This document shows positions 19,514 to 29,366 of a stretch of DNA of 64,000 nucleotides, piece after piece. Both the position numbers and the translations under genes were made by a program. The DNA lies in contig CAWANH010000028.1 in NCBI GenBank assembly GCA_963783375.1, forward strand, positions 1,632,001 through 1,696,000, written 5' to 3'. The notes beneath the pieces were generated by a model, which saw only the letters and a program-made list of their open reading frames with translations, ran no database searches and was not told the DNA's origin. Source of the DNA: Candidatus Eiseniibacteriota bacterium. Its GTDB lineage: Bacteria; Eisenbacteria; RBG-16-71-46; JABDJR01. How positions within the stretch are numbered: position 1 is the stretch's first letter; every line of letters starts with the position of its first letter.

Positions 19514-22500
19514 ATGCTATTCGGGTTCAGAAGCTTCACGCAGGTCGTCCTGACCGTCTATCTGCTATTCGCCATGGCTGCGGCCTGCGTGACGGCGCTG
19601 ACGATACATGCCCAACGCGATCGCGCCGCCGAGCAGGTCCGGACCGACCTCATCGAGGTCGCGGACACCCGGGTGGGCCAGATTGTCGCCTGGCGCGCGG
19701 AGCGGATGGGAGATGCCCAGACGCTCCAGCGAAGTCCGTTCCTGAACCAGGTCCTGACCGGAGGGCGCCGGCAACTCTCGAATCCGACGTTGCGTCGGAC
19801 TTTGGAGGAGTGGATAGAGGGCCTGAGCCGTACCTACGGATATTCCGGCATCTACGTGCTCGATCGGAAGCTGAACGTCCTCGCCGCCGTCGATCGGGAG
19901 GATGCCGTCGGAGTCGACGAGCTCAGGCGCGAGATTCAGACGTCCGCGGACACAGACGCGGTGGTGTTTCTGGACCCGCACTGACGGGGAGGCGGGTTAC
20001 GAGAACCACATGGATATCCTGGTGCCGATCATGGCTCGCGAGGCCCCGGCGGGGGAGGCCAAGGGCTGGGTGGTCCTGGCCGTCGACCCGGAGCGATTCC
20101 TCAATCCCTTGATGCGCACCTGGCCGTACCCCAGCCGCACTGCGGAAACGCTCATAGCCGATCGAAAGGGGGACGTGACCCAGTTCCTGACGCCCCTCCG
20201 GCACACCGACGCGGAAGGTTTGAGCCTTCGCCTCGCTCCCGAGCGGAGCGACCTGCCCGCGTCTCGGGGGACTCCTCGGCTACGACGGGTATCTGAGTGG
20301 ACGCGATTATCGCGGGGCGCGGGTCCTGGCCGTGGTGCGTCACGTGCCGAACACTTCCTGGGTCCTGGTGGCCAAGATCGACGCCGCCGAAATCTACGAT
20401 CCTCTCGACCGGCAGGCGTGGCAGGTCTCCGGACTCCTGGGTTGTTTGATCGCGGTCGCGGGGGCGCTCTTGTTTCTCGCGGCCCGGGCTCACCAGAAGA
20501 AGTTCGAGCGGCGGGACGCCCTCGCCCGGCACTACGAGCACCTCAGCCGTTCGGCCGACGACGTGATCCTCCTGGTGGACGAGGACCTGAAGATCGTGGA
20601 TACCAATCGGCGGGGTGAGGAGCTGTTCGGATACGAAAAATCGGAAATGGTGGGATCGGATGCGGCCATGCTGGCCGCTCCGGAGGCCCATGAGCAGCTG
20701 GCGGAGATGTTCGCCCGGCTCAGCCGAGGGGAGTCGGTCCGCGAACTGATGGACGGCATTCACCGGAACGGCACCAGGGTGCCGATGGAGGTCCACGCCG
20801 CGCCCATCGAGGTGAGGGGACGCCGGTACTTCCAGGGGATCCTCCGGGACATGACCGAGTGGGTCCGCGCCCGGGATGCATTGCAGGCCAGCGAGGTCCG
20901 ATTCCGGGAAGTCGTGAATCGCTACCCGGGTATTTTCGTCCTCCACGATCGTGAGTTTCGGGGCCTCTACGTGAACGCCATGGCCCTGACCATCACCGGC
21001 TTCACCGAGGACGAGGTGCTGGGAAAGCGCTACGAGGACCTGTTCCCCCGGGAGATCACGGAACGATTCATGCCCGCCCTCCTCGCGGCCCGGGACACCG
21101 GCAGGATCCAGACCGTCGAGTTCGAGATCGAGCTGGGCGGAGCAGGCTATTTCTTCGAATCCACCTGCATTCCCGTGACCGACGAATCCGGAGAGGTGAC
21201 CCAGGTCATGAGCTTCGCCCACGACCTGACCGAGCGGAAACGGATGGAGGTGGAGCTCAACAAGCGGATGATGGCCCTCGAATACAGCCCCATGGCCATC
21301 GTCATCACCGATACCGCCGGGGCCATCGAATACGTCAACCCCAAGTTCTGCGAGAGCAGCGGCTACCGAGAGGAGGAGCTGATCGGGCGGAACCCGAGCA
21401 TCCTGAAGTCCGGCCGTCAATCGGCGGAGTTCTATCGCGGCCTGTGGGAGACCATCGCCGCCGGCCGGGAGTGGCGCGGGGAGTTCTGGAACCGGCGCAA
21501 GAACGGCGAGCACTACGCCGAGCAGGCGTCGATCGCGCCGGTGGTGGATACTCAGGGCCGGATTACCCACTACGTGGCCACGAAACAGGACGTCACCGAG
21601 TGGCGGGAACTCGAGGACCAGTTCCGGCAGGCCCAGAAGATGGAGGCGGTGGGGAGGCTGGCCGGGGGCGTGGCTCACGACTTCAACAACCTGCTCACCG
21701 CGATCAGCGGATTCGGCGCTCTCGCCCAGAGGGGATTGACCGAGGGCGCTCCGGCCCACAAATACCTTACCCAGATCCTCCGGGCGGCGGATAGGGCGGC
21801 GGGGCTCACCCACCAACTTCTGGCCTTCAGCCGGCGGCAGGACCGAAAGCCCAGGATCATCGACCTGAACGATGTGATGGTCGACATGGTCACGATGATC
21901 CAACGATTGATCGGTGAGGACGTCCATCTGGAGTCGGTTCCTTCTCCGGTCCCAAGCCGGATCCTGGCCGATTCCGGGCAAGTCGAGCAGGTGATTCTCA
22001 ATCTGGTGGTGAACGCCCGGGACGCCATGCCGGACGGGGGAAGGCTAATCATGTCGACCAGCGTCCAGGACCTCGACGGGGCGTTCACCCGGGGACACCC
22101 CGAGATGTCCACGGGACGGCACGTGGTGCTCTCGGTGCGGGACACGGGGATCGGGATGACCGACGACGTGAAAAACCACCTCTTCGAGCCCTTCTTCACC
22201 ACCAAGGGTCCCGAGCGGGGCACCGGGTTGGGACTGGCCACCACCTACGGCATCGTGACCCAGAGCAAAGGGTGCATCGAGGTCGAAACCGAACCGGGCC
22301 ACGGAACGACCTTCCGCATCTTCTTCCCCGAGGCGAGCCGGGAGAAGGCGAACGCCGAGGCAGTTCCGGCCCTCCCGGCAAGCTGGCGGGGCGGGGAGGA
22401 GACCGTGCTTCTGGCCGAAGACAACGAGGGGGTTCGGGATCTCGCCCGCGAGGTGCTCACCTCGTGCGGGTACACCGTCCTGCCCGCGGAAAACGGCCCC

Positions 22501-22782
22501 GAGGCCCTGGAACTGGCCGCCCGGCACCCCGGTACGATCGACCTCCTCGTCACCGACCTGATCATGCCGGAGATGAACGGACGGGAGCTGGCCCGCCTCA
22601 TCGTCGAGAGCCGGCCCAAGATCAAGGTGCTCTACATGTCGGGGTTCACCGGGGACACCGTGGCCGCGGACGAGACGGCCCGCGGCGATCTCGCCTTCAT
22701 CCAGAAGCCCTTCATGCCGGTCGACCTCGCCGCCCGGGTCCGCGAAACCATCGACGGTCCGGAAGCCCGGATCGCCGCCTGA
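19514..22782 (+). CDS. Membrane hybrid sensor histidine kinase (periplasmic sensor, 3 PAS, HisKA, HATPase, REC); two apparent frameshifts near 19982 and 20265
   Basis: 'QAQKMEAVGRLAGGVAHDFNNLL', 'NLVVNARDAM', 'FEPFFTTK..GTGLGL', receiver 'DLLVTDLIMPEMNG'. N-terminal part is split over three frames. Confidence 0.9.
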
Positions 22783-22822
22783 CAGCCGCGCCGCCCGGCG
22801 TTGGTGAGCCGGGCGTGACCGG

Positions 22823-23896
22823 CTACTGGATGACCGGGACCGTTCGAACCGCCACCGCCGAGGGCCCGTCGCCGGTGGTGAACTCGCCCACCTTGGTGAG
22901 CGTGGCCAGGTCCACCACCACGACCCCGTCCAGGTCGAAGTTGGCGGCATAGAGACGACCGTCGAACACCGCCACGTCGGAGTAGCCGCTCTCGGGCAGG
23001 ATCGGATCCCCGGCGTCATGGAGCGCGACGAAGGACCCGGTATCGTAGGACATGAGCCCACCGTAGTAGGACGCCACGTAGGCGGTGCCGTCGGGACCCA
23101 GGGTGGCGCGATAGGCCGACCCCCCCAGGACGAGGGTGTCCCGGACCGCCGAGGCGTCGGCCTCGATCCGCACCACCCGCCCGGCGACGTCGTCGAAGTT
23201 CCCGGTGCAGATCACCTGCATGCGCCCATCGGCCCCGACGAAGGCAACCTGCGGATTGGGGGGTACGGGCAGGCGCGCGGTCTCGGTCAGGGACGCCTTG
23301 TCCAGGACGACCACGGCGCCGTCCTTGAACTTCCCCTCGGCGCCGTCGTAGCCGGTGAGGGTGACCCATACCCGGTCCGCGGTCACCACGAGTCCCTCGG
23401 CTCCCGCGCCCACCGTGTGGCGGCGGGCGACCTTCATCGCGGCGAGGTCGAGTTCCATGACCTCCCCGCTCACGAACGAGCTCACCCAGCCCCGGTCGGC
23501 ATCGGCGGGGTCGGGAGCGAACTCCCACGGACTCACCCCGGTTCCGAGATCGATGCATCCCACGGTTTCCCCGGTCGCGAGGTTCACCACCGACACGTTG
23601 TTGTCCACCGAGTTCACGATGTAGAGGCGGTCGCCGACGACGTCGAGGTCGTTGGGGGCCCGGCCGGTGAGGCCGTGCCCGGCGAGGACCGCGGGGACGG
23701 CGGAGCCGGTGATCGGGGCCGCGGTCCAGGTCTCGCCCAGGCTGTTGGCGGTGAGAAGGTAGACGACGCCGGGGGTCAGCGCGGGCCCCCGGTCGCCGAT
23801 CAGGGGGCAGGTGGAGCCGGGCTTCTTGTCGTTGCCGCAGGAGGCCAGAAGGACGAGGGTCAGGCAGGCGGTCAGGAGTCGGGCGGGACGCTTCAT
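22823..23896 (-). CDS. YncE-family beta-propeller lipoprotein (BtuG-like)
   Basis: LASC lipobox, 'LYIVNS...VSVVNL' blades. Directly downstream of the B12-riboswitch-controlled receptor. Confidence 0.75.
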   Translation of the reverse strand: MKRPARLLTACLTLVLLASCGNDKKPGSTCPLIGDRGPALTPGVVYLLTANSLGETWTAAPITGSAVPAVLAGHGLTGRAPNDLDVVGDRLYIVNSVDNNVSVVNLATGETVGCIDLGTGVSPWEFAPDPADADRGWVSSFVSGEVMELDLAAMKVARRHTVGAGAEGLVVTADRVWVTLTGYDGAEGKFKDGAVVVLDKASLTETARLPVPPNPQVAFVGADGRMQVICTGNFDDVAGRVVRIEADASAVRDTLVLGGSAYRATLGPDGTAYVASYYGGLMSYDTGSFVALHDAGDPILPESGYSDVAVFDGRLYAANFDLDGVVVVDLATLTKVGEFTTGDGPSAVAVRTVPVIQ

Positions 23897-23955
23897 GGCG
23901 TTTTCTCTCCGGTAAGGGGGCCGACGTTCAAGGGGGGAGCGGGGGACGAGCCGCC

Positions 23956-26025
23956 TCAGGTTCCTCCGCGGCCCGGGGAGAACCGCAGTCCCAGGAGCAC
24001 CTCCCGGCCGGGGACCGCGTAGCCCCGGATGTCCTCGTACCGGGTGTCGAACAGGTTTCGCCCCTCCGCTTCCAGTCGCAGGTCGGCGGACGCCCGGTAC
24101 CGGAACCCGGCATGGATCAGGGCGTACCCGTCCGCCCACTTGGTATTGGCCGCGGTGAGGGGCACCCGGCCCACCGCCCGCACCCCCGAGGCCACGGCCC
24201 AGCGCCCCCGGGTCCAGGAGAGATCGGCGAAGGCGGTGCGGGCGGCGCGCCCCACCAGCCGGCGGTCTCCGGTGATCGGATCCCCGGTGGCGTCGGCGGC
24301 GTCGAGCAGGGTGAACGCGGCGTCGAGCCGGAGAGGAAGACCGAGCCCGCCCAGGTCGAGGGAGCCGTCTCCCTCCAGGCCGCGGATCCTCGCCTCGCCC
24401 ACGTTGTGCGGACGCCACACCCCGTCCGCCCCCGGAGTCCACTGGATGAGATCGGTGAGCCGGGAGTCGAACGCGGAAACCGAGAGCCGGGACGTGCGCA
24501 GCCGCGCGTCGAGACCCAGGTCGAGATCCCGGGCCCGCTCCGGACGGAGGTCGGGATTTCCCGCCGCGCTGGCCCGGGCCGGCCAGAAGAGATCGTCGAA
24601 GGTGGGCGGGCGAAACGCGTTTCCGAGTCCGGCGCGGGCGGCGAGAAAGGCCACGCTCCCGGGGTTGCCGATGAGCGCGCGGGAGATGCTCACCCGGCCC
24701 GAGGGATGGGGGGCGAACCCCTCCAGAGCGTCGAGGCGGATCGCCGCCGATGCTCCCCAGTCCCGCCACCGCTCTTCCGCGTAGAGCGCGGCGGCGGCGC
24801 GATCGCGGCCCACCCGTCCGTCGGTGGTGCTCCGGAGGCGGTCCCGGACGGCCTCGGTGCGGGCGATCACCGTGCCCCGTCCGAGAGCGCCGTGCCAGCT
24901 CGCCGAGGCGCGAAGCCGCCGGTTCCGATGGCGGTCGGCCACCGGCCCGAAGGGGTTCCGCGGGTCGGCGTAGTCCCGATCGAAGATCGACCGGGAGACG
25001 TCGAGATCGAAGCTCCCCGGTAGCGACGACGACTCCACCCCACGCGCGCCCAGGCTCAGCTCGGCATAGGTGTCGGTCCGGCCGGCGCCGGGGGTGGGGA
25101 AGGCGCGGCTCCCGGGCACGTCCCGCCGGTCGTTGCGTCGCTCCGCCGAGGCCTCCACCGCGGCGGCCCAGGGCGGGTGCCAGGCCAGCCGCGCCTGCGC
25201 GCCGATCCCGTCGGCGTGGCCCTCCCGGCTCTCCAGGCGGGGCGAGGCGGTCTCGACCCGGGCCACCCCGTCCGCCGTCCATCGGCTGCCCGACAGCCCG
25301 CCCGTCGCCCGGATGAGGGCGCGGTCGCCGTTCCCGGCCAGGACCCGAACCGAACTCTGCGGCGCGCGATCGGAGCGCCGGACCAGGTTCACCGCCCCGC
25401 CGAGGGCATCGGGCCCGTAGAGCGCTCCCATGGCTCCGCGGGCGACCTCGACGCGGTCGAGCCCCTCCACGTCGAGGGGCTCCAGATCCACGCCTCCCCC
25501 CTGGGCGGTGTTGATCGGGCGCCCGTCCACCAGCACCGCGGTGCGGTCGGAACCCAGCCCCCGGAAGGACACCGCCTGGCTCACCCCGTCCCCCTGGGTC
25601 AGCACCCGGAGACCGGCCACGTACTGAAGCGCGCGACCCAGGTCCGCGGGGTCGATTCGGTCGAGCCACGCCCGGTCGAGGACGGTTCGGGCGCCGGGCC
25701 GGAGGGGGAGGGGGGGAATTCGGGGCGCGGACTTTCTGAAGGGAGGGAGGGTGTAGGTGGGCAGCGCGGCGATCGAGCTGTCGTTCGCGGCGAGGGAGGC
25801 CGCAGCAGGAGCGGGGGAGGCCGCGGCAGGCGGGGAAGAAAACGTCGGCGCGGGAACGGATGCGGTCGAAGTCTTACTGGGAGTGGTTCTTTCGCCAGGC
25901 GAAAGTGAAAACTTCGGCTTGGATGTCAGCTCGGTCGCTCCCGCACCGACAGAACAAATGATGAGCCCGGCGAGCGCCAACGTCAAGGCGCTTCCGGCCG
26001 GCGCCCCGAAACGGTAGAAGGACAC
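23956..26025 (-). CDS. btuB: TonB-dependent receptor, probable cobalamin transporter
   Basis: Plug 'RGLGSDRTAVLVDGRPIN...RVEVARG..GALYGPDALGGAVN', 'FRPPTFDDLFW', 'GNPDLRPE', 'RNLFDTRY'. Preceded by a cobalamin riboswitch. Confidence 0.85.
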   Translation of the reverse strand: MSFYRFGAPAGSALTLALAGLIICSVGAGATELTSKPKFSLSPGERTTPSKTSTASVPAPTFSSPPAAASPAPAAASLAANDSSIAALPTYTLPPFRKSAPRIPPLPLRPGARTVLDRAWLDRIDPADLGRALQYVAGLRVLTQGDGVSQAVSFRGLGSDRTAVLVDGRPINTAQGGGVDLEPLDVEGLDRVEVARGAMGALYGPDALGGAVNLVRRSDRAPQSSVRVLAGNGDRALIRATGGLSGSRWTADGVARVETASPRLESREGHADGIGAQARLAWHPPWAAAVEASAERRNDRRDVPGSRAFPTPGAGRTDTYAELSLGARGVESSSLPGSFDLDVSRSIFDRDYADPRNPFGPVADRHRNRRLRASASWHGALGRGTVIARTEAVRDRLRSTTDGRVGRDRAAAALYAEERWRDWGASAAIRLDALEGFAPHPSGRVSISRALIGNPGSVAFLAARAGLGNAFRPPTFDDLFWPARASAAGNPDLRPERARDLDLGLDARLRTSRLSVSAFDSRLTDLIQWTPGADGVWRPHNVGEARIRGLEGDGSLDLGGLGLPLRLDAAFTLLDAADATGDPITGDRRLVGRAARTAFADLSWTRGRWAVASGVRAVGRVPLTAANTKWADGYALIHAGFRYRASADLRLEAEGRNLFDTRYEDIRGYAVPGREVLLGLRFSPGRGGT

Positions 26026-26190
26026 GGCAAGAGCCTCCCTTTCCACGCAAGGGTGGGTCTTCGAAGGGAGGAGAGGGGGGCTCGGGGCCCGGGACCGGCG
26101 AGGCGGGCAAGAAACAACCCGCCTCGAGGGAAATCGAAGGCGGGCTACGCCGCCGATCGCCCTCACCTCCTCGAAGGTCTCGATCGAGAG

Positions 26191-26387
26191 CGTCCACAGC
26201 CGGTCTCCTGACTCGCGGGTCATCCTCCGGTCGCCCCTTCCCGAGGGACCCGGTCCCTCAGTGGGTTTTCCCGCCGCTCTCCACCGCCTTTGGAGACGGT
26301 AACCGACAGCGGGACTGCGACCTTCGTCGCCGCTCACAGTGGCGGGTCCGTGCCGGATTCACACCGGCTTCCCGTACACTGCGGACG
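26191..26387 (-). ncRNA. Cobalamin riboswitch
   Basis: Minus strand: GGGAAGCCGGTGTGAATCCGGCACGGACCCGCCACTGT ... CCACTG...GGGAAGG ... B12 box GAGTCAGGAGACCGGC. Closing stem CGTCCGCAG/CTGTGGACG. Confidence 0.92.
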
Positions 26388-26599
26388 TTTATTTCGGGCT
26401 CCCCATGGAACCCATTCCCGGCATCATAGGGAGCCGGTCCCCGCCCGTCAACCCGGGGAGACCGGCCGGGCGCCGCATGCTTCCCTCGTGGGTTACAATG
26501 GATCCCGTTCCGCCTCGTTGGTATCGAAACGGGGGAACGAGCTGCGTCGTCGGCGGCGAGGCGGTGGTCCTCGCCCCATGCGTGGTGGGAGGTGCCGAC

Positions 26600-29272
26600 A
26601 TGATCAGGTCCGCGTTATTCAGCCTCCGGAACCGGATCCTCGCGCTCGTTTTCTTCGTTCTCCTCCCCTCCCTCGCGCTGGTGATCTACACGACCTCCAA
26701 GGAACGGGGTCGGGAGATCGCCGAGTCCCGGCAGAACGTCTTCCATCTCGCCCGCTTGGCGTCCCTGGAAGAGCAACGACTCATCGAGGATACCCGGGAG
26801 CTCCTGGTGGTGATCTCGGGATACCGGGCGATCCGGGAGCACGATCCGGTCGAGGCGAGTCAGGATCTAGCCGCCCTTATCGCCGCCTTCCCCCGGTACA
26901 CGAACTTCGGGGTGGCGGACGCCGACGGCATGATGTGGGCGAGCGCCCTTCCCATGCCCCGCCCGGTGGACATCTCGGACCGCGACTACTTTCAACGCGC
27001 GGTGCTCAACAAGGGGCTGGGGATCGGCGGGTTTCAGATCGGACGGGTGACCGGGGTGCCGGGACTCAACCTCGGGTACCCGATCCTGAGCGACTCGGGA
27101 GACGTGGAAGCAGTGGTGTTCGCCGCCATGAGCCCGACCTCGATGAACCGCTTCGAGGTCGAGGTGGCGGCCTGGCTCCCCGACGGCTCGACGCTCACCC
27201 GGATGGACGATGAGGGCCGGGTGCTCAGCCGCTGGCCCGGTGGGGCGACGGATGCGGGGCGGCCGGCTCCGGAGTTCACCCTGCTCATGAACGCCCGGGC
27301 CCGGGGGGAGGACTATACCCGCGCCACCGACTCCCGCGGACGCAACTTCCTGAACGTGTTCGCCCGCGCGCCCACGAACCTGACCGCAGGGGACGTCTTC
27401 GTGGTCCTCAGCATCCCCGAACACGAGGTGTTCAGCGACGCCCGGCACCTGCTCCTGAGCGGTCTCCTCGGCCTGGGGCTCGTGGCGCTGGTGTCCCTGA
27501 CCGCGGGGTGGATCGGCACCAACCTGTTCGTTCTTCGCCCGGTTCGCTCCCTCCTGGGGGCGACGAAGCGGTTGGCCCGGGGCGATCTCTCCGCGCGGAC
27601 CGGCCGGGAGCACGGGCGCGGGGAGCTGGGCGAGCTGGCCTCGGCGTTCGACGGGATGGCCGAAACGCTTCAGGAGCGCCAGAACGAGCGGGATCGGGCC
27701 GAGGAAGCGCTTCGTCGCTCCGAGGCCGACTACCGGTCCCTGGTTCTGAACTCTCCCTACGGAATCATGCGGTCCACGCCGGAGGGCCGTATCCACCGGG
27801 CCAATCCGGCCCTGGTCAAGATGCTTGGATACGATACCGAGGAAGAGGTCCTGGGGTTGAACCTCCTCCGGGACATCAACGTCACTTCCTCCGGAGACAC
27901 CGCGATGCTCGGGAAATCCACCGAGGAGGACCCCCGGGATGTCTCGCTGTGCTTCCGGCGGAAAGACGGGAAGGAGATCCAGATCCGGGCCAGCGGCCGC
28001 TGGGTGCGGGACGAATCGGGGCGGGTCCACTACATCGAGAGCATCCTGGAGGACGTGACCGAGCGGAAATCCCTGGAGGCCCAGCTCGTCCAGGCCCAGA
28101 AGATGGAGGCGGTGGGGCGGCTGGCCGGCGGCGTCGCCCACGATTTCAACAACCTGCTTGGGGTGATGCTGGGGTACAGCGAGCTGCTCCTGGGGGAGAT
28201 GGACGCGGCCGATCCCCGGCGCCAGCGGGTGTCGGAGATCAAGCGGGCCAGCGACCGGGCGGCGTCGTTGACCCGCCAGCTCCTGGCCTTCAGTCGGCGG
28301 CAGGTTCTGACCCCCCGGGTGGTGGACCTGAACGCGGTGGTGGACAGCCTGGACAAGATGCTCCGCAGGCTGATCGGGGAGGACGTGAACCTGATCTCTC
28401 GGCTGGGGGCGGAGGTGGGACGGGTGCGGATCGATCCCAACCAGATCGACCAGGTGCTCATGAACCTGGTGGTGAACGCCCACGACGCGATGCCCGAAGG
28501 GGGGAAGATCATTCTCGAGACCGCCAACCTCGATCTCCGCACCTCGCAGGTCTACGAGAACATGATCATCCCCCCCGGTTCCTACGTCCGCCTGGCGGTG
28601 ACCGATACCGGGATGGGGATGGACGACGAGACGCGGGCCCACATCTTCGAGCCGTTTTTCACCACCAAGGAGGTGGGGAAGGGCACGGGGCTGGGGCTCT
28701 CCATGGTCTACGGCATTGTCCGGCAGAGCGGGGGGCACATCCTGAGCCGGAGCCGGCCGGGAAAGGGGACCACCTTCGAGATCTACCTGCCGCGCGTCGA
28801 CGAATCCGCGGAGGCGGGCGCCCAGGCGCGCTCCCCCCAGGATCTTCCCCGGGGGAGCGAGACCGTGCTCCTGGTCGAGGACGAGGACGCCCTACGGGAC
28901 CTGCTGCGCGAGTTCCTGGCCAGCGGGGGCTACACGGTCCTGGAAGCCTCGAACGGATCGGTGGCGGTCCAGATCGCCCGGAACTTCCCCCGCCCGATCC
29001 ATCTCCTGGTGACCGACTTGAGCATGCCGGGGATGCAGGGCCGCCAGGTGGCCCAGGAAATCATGGGCATCCGCCCCGAGGTGCGGGTGCTCTACATCTC
29101 CGGGTACACCGACGACGCGGTGCTCCGGGACGGCGCCCTGGACGAGGGCACGTCGTTCCTGGGGAAGCCGTTCACCCAGGAATCCCTGCTGCGCAAGGTG
29201 CGGGAGGAGCTGGATGGGGGGAGGGCGGGGGATGGCACGGGTTCCGTCCGGAAAGGCCCCGGGCGCGGGTAG
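26600..29272 (+). CDS. Hybrid sensor histidine kinase (dCache, HAMP, PAS, HisKA, HATPase, REC)
   Basis: TM, 'DISDRDYFQRA', TM, HAMP 'GDLSAR...ELGELASAFDGMA', 'VAHDFNNLL', receiver domain. Confidence 0.92.
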   Translation: MIRSALFSLRNRILALVFFVLLPSLALVIYTTSKERGREIAESRQNVFHLARLASLEEQRLIEDTRELLVVISGYRAIREHDPVEASQDLAALIAAFPRYTNFGVADADGMMWASALPMPRPVDISDRDYFQRAVLNKGLGIGGFQIGRVTGVPGLNLGYPILSDSGDVEAVVFAAMSPTSMNRFEVEVAAWLPDGSTLTRMDDEGRVLSRWPGGATDAGRPAPEFTLLMNARARGEDYTRATDSRGRNFLNVFARAPTNLTAGDVFVVLSIPEHEVFSDARHLLLSGLLGLGLVALVSLTAGWIGTNLFVLRPVRSLLGATKRLARGDLSARTGREHGRGELGELASAFDGMAETLQERQNERDRAEEALRRSEADYRSLVLNSPYGIMRSTPEGRIHRANPALVKMLGYDTEEEVLGLNLLRDINVTSSGDTAMLGKSTEEDPRDVSLCFRRKDGKEIQIRASGRWVRDESGRVHYIESILEDVTERKSLEAQLVQAQKMEAVGRLAGGVAHDFNNLLGVMLGYSELLLGEMDAADPRRQRVSEIKRASDRAASLTRQLLAFSRRQVLTPRVVDLNAVVDSLDKMLRRLIGEDVNLISRLGAEVGRVRIDPNQIDQVLMNLVVNAHDAMPEGGKIILETANLDLRTSQVYENMIIPPGSYVRLAVTDTGMGMDDETRAHIFEPFFTTKEVGKGTGLGLSMVYGIVRQSGGHILSRSRPGKGTTFEIYLPRVDESAEAGAQARSPQDLPRGSETVLLVEDEDALRDLLREFLASGGYTVLEASNGSVAVQIARNFPRPIHLLVTDLSMPGMQGRQVAQEIMGIRPEVRVLYISGYTDDAVLRDGALDEGTSFLGKPFTQESLLRKVREELDGGRAGDGTGSVRKGPGRG

Positions 29273-29366
29273 ATAGGGGACGCGGTCAAAGTGACTGGGA
29301 GGATGCGAGGTGTACCCGGGTACCTGGGGTTGGGACGCGGGCGCCGGGGGAAGGGCGCGGTAGGGG

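Noticed and set aside
19514-29272. Two similar hybrid kinases as a recent duplication or mobile unit around btuB
   Set aside because: Similarity is limited to the widespread conserved kinase/receiver core. Sensor domains differ and no terminal repeats were seen.
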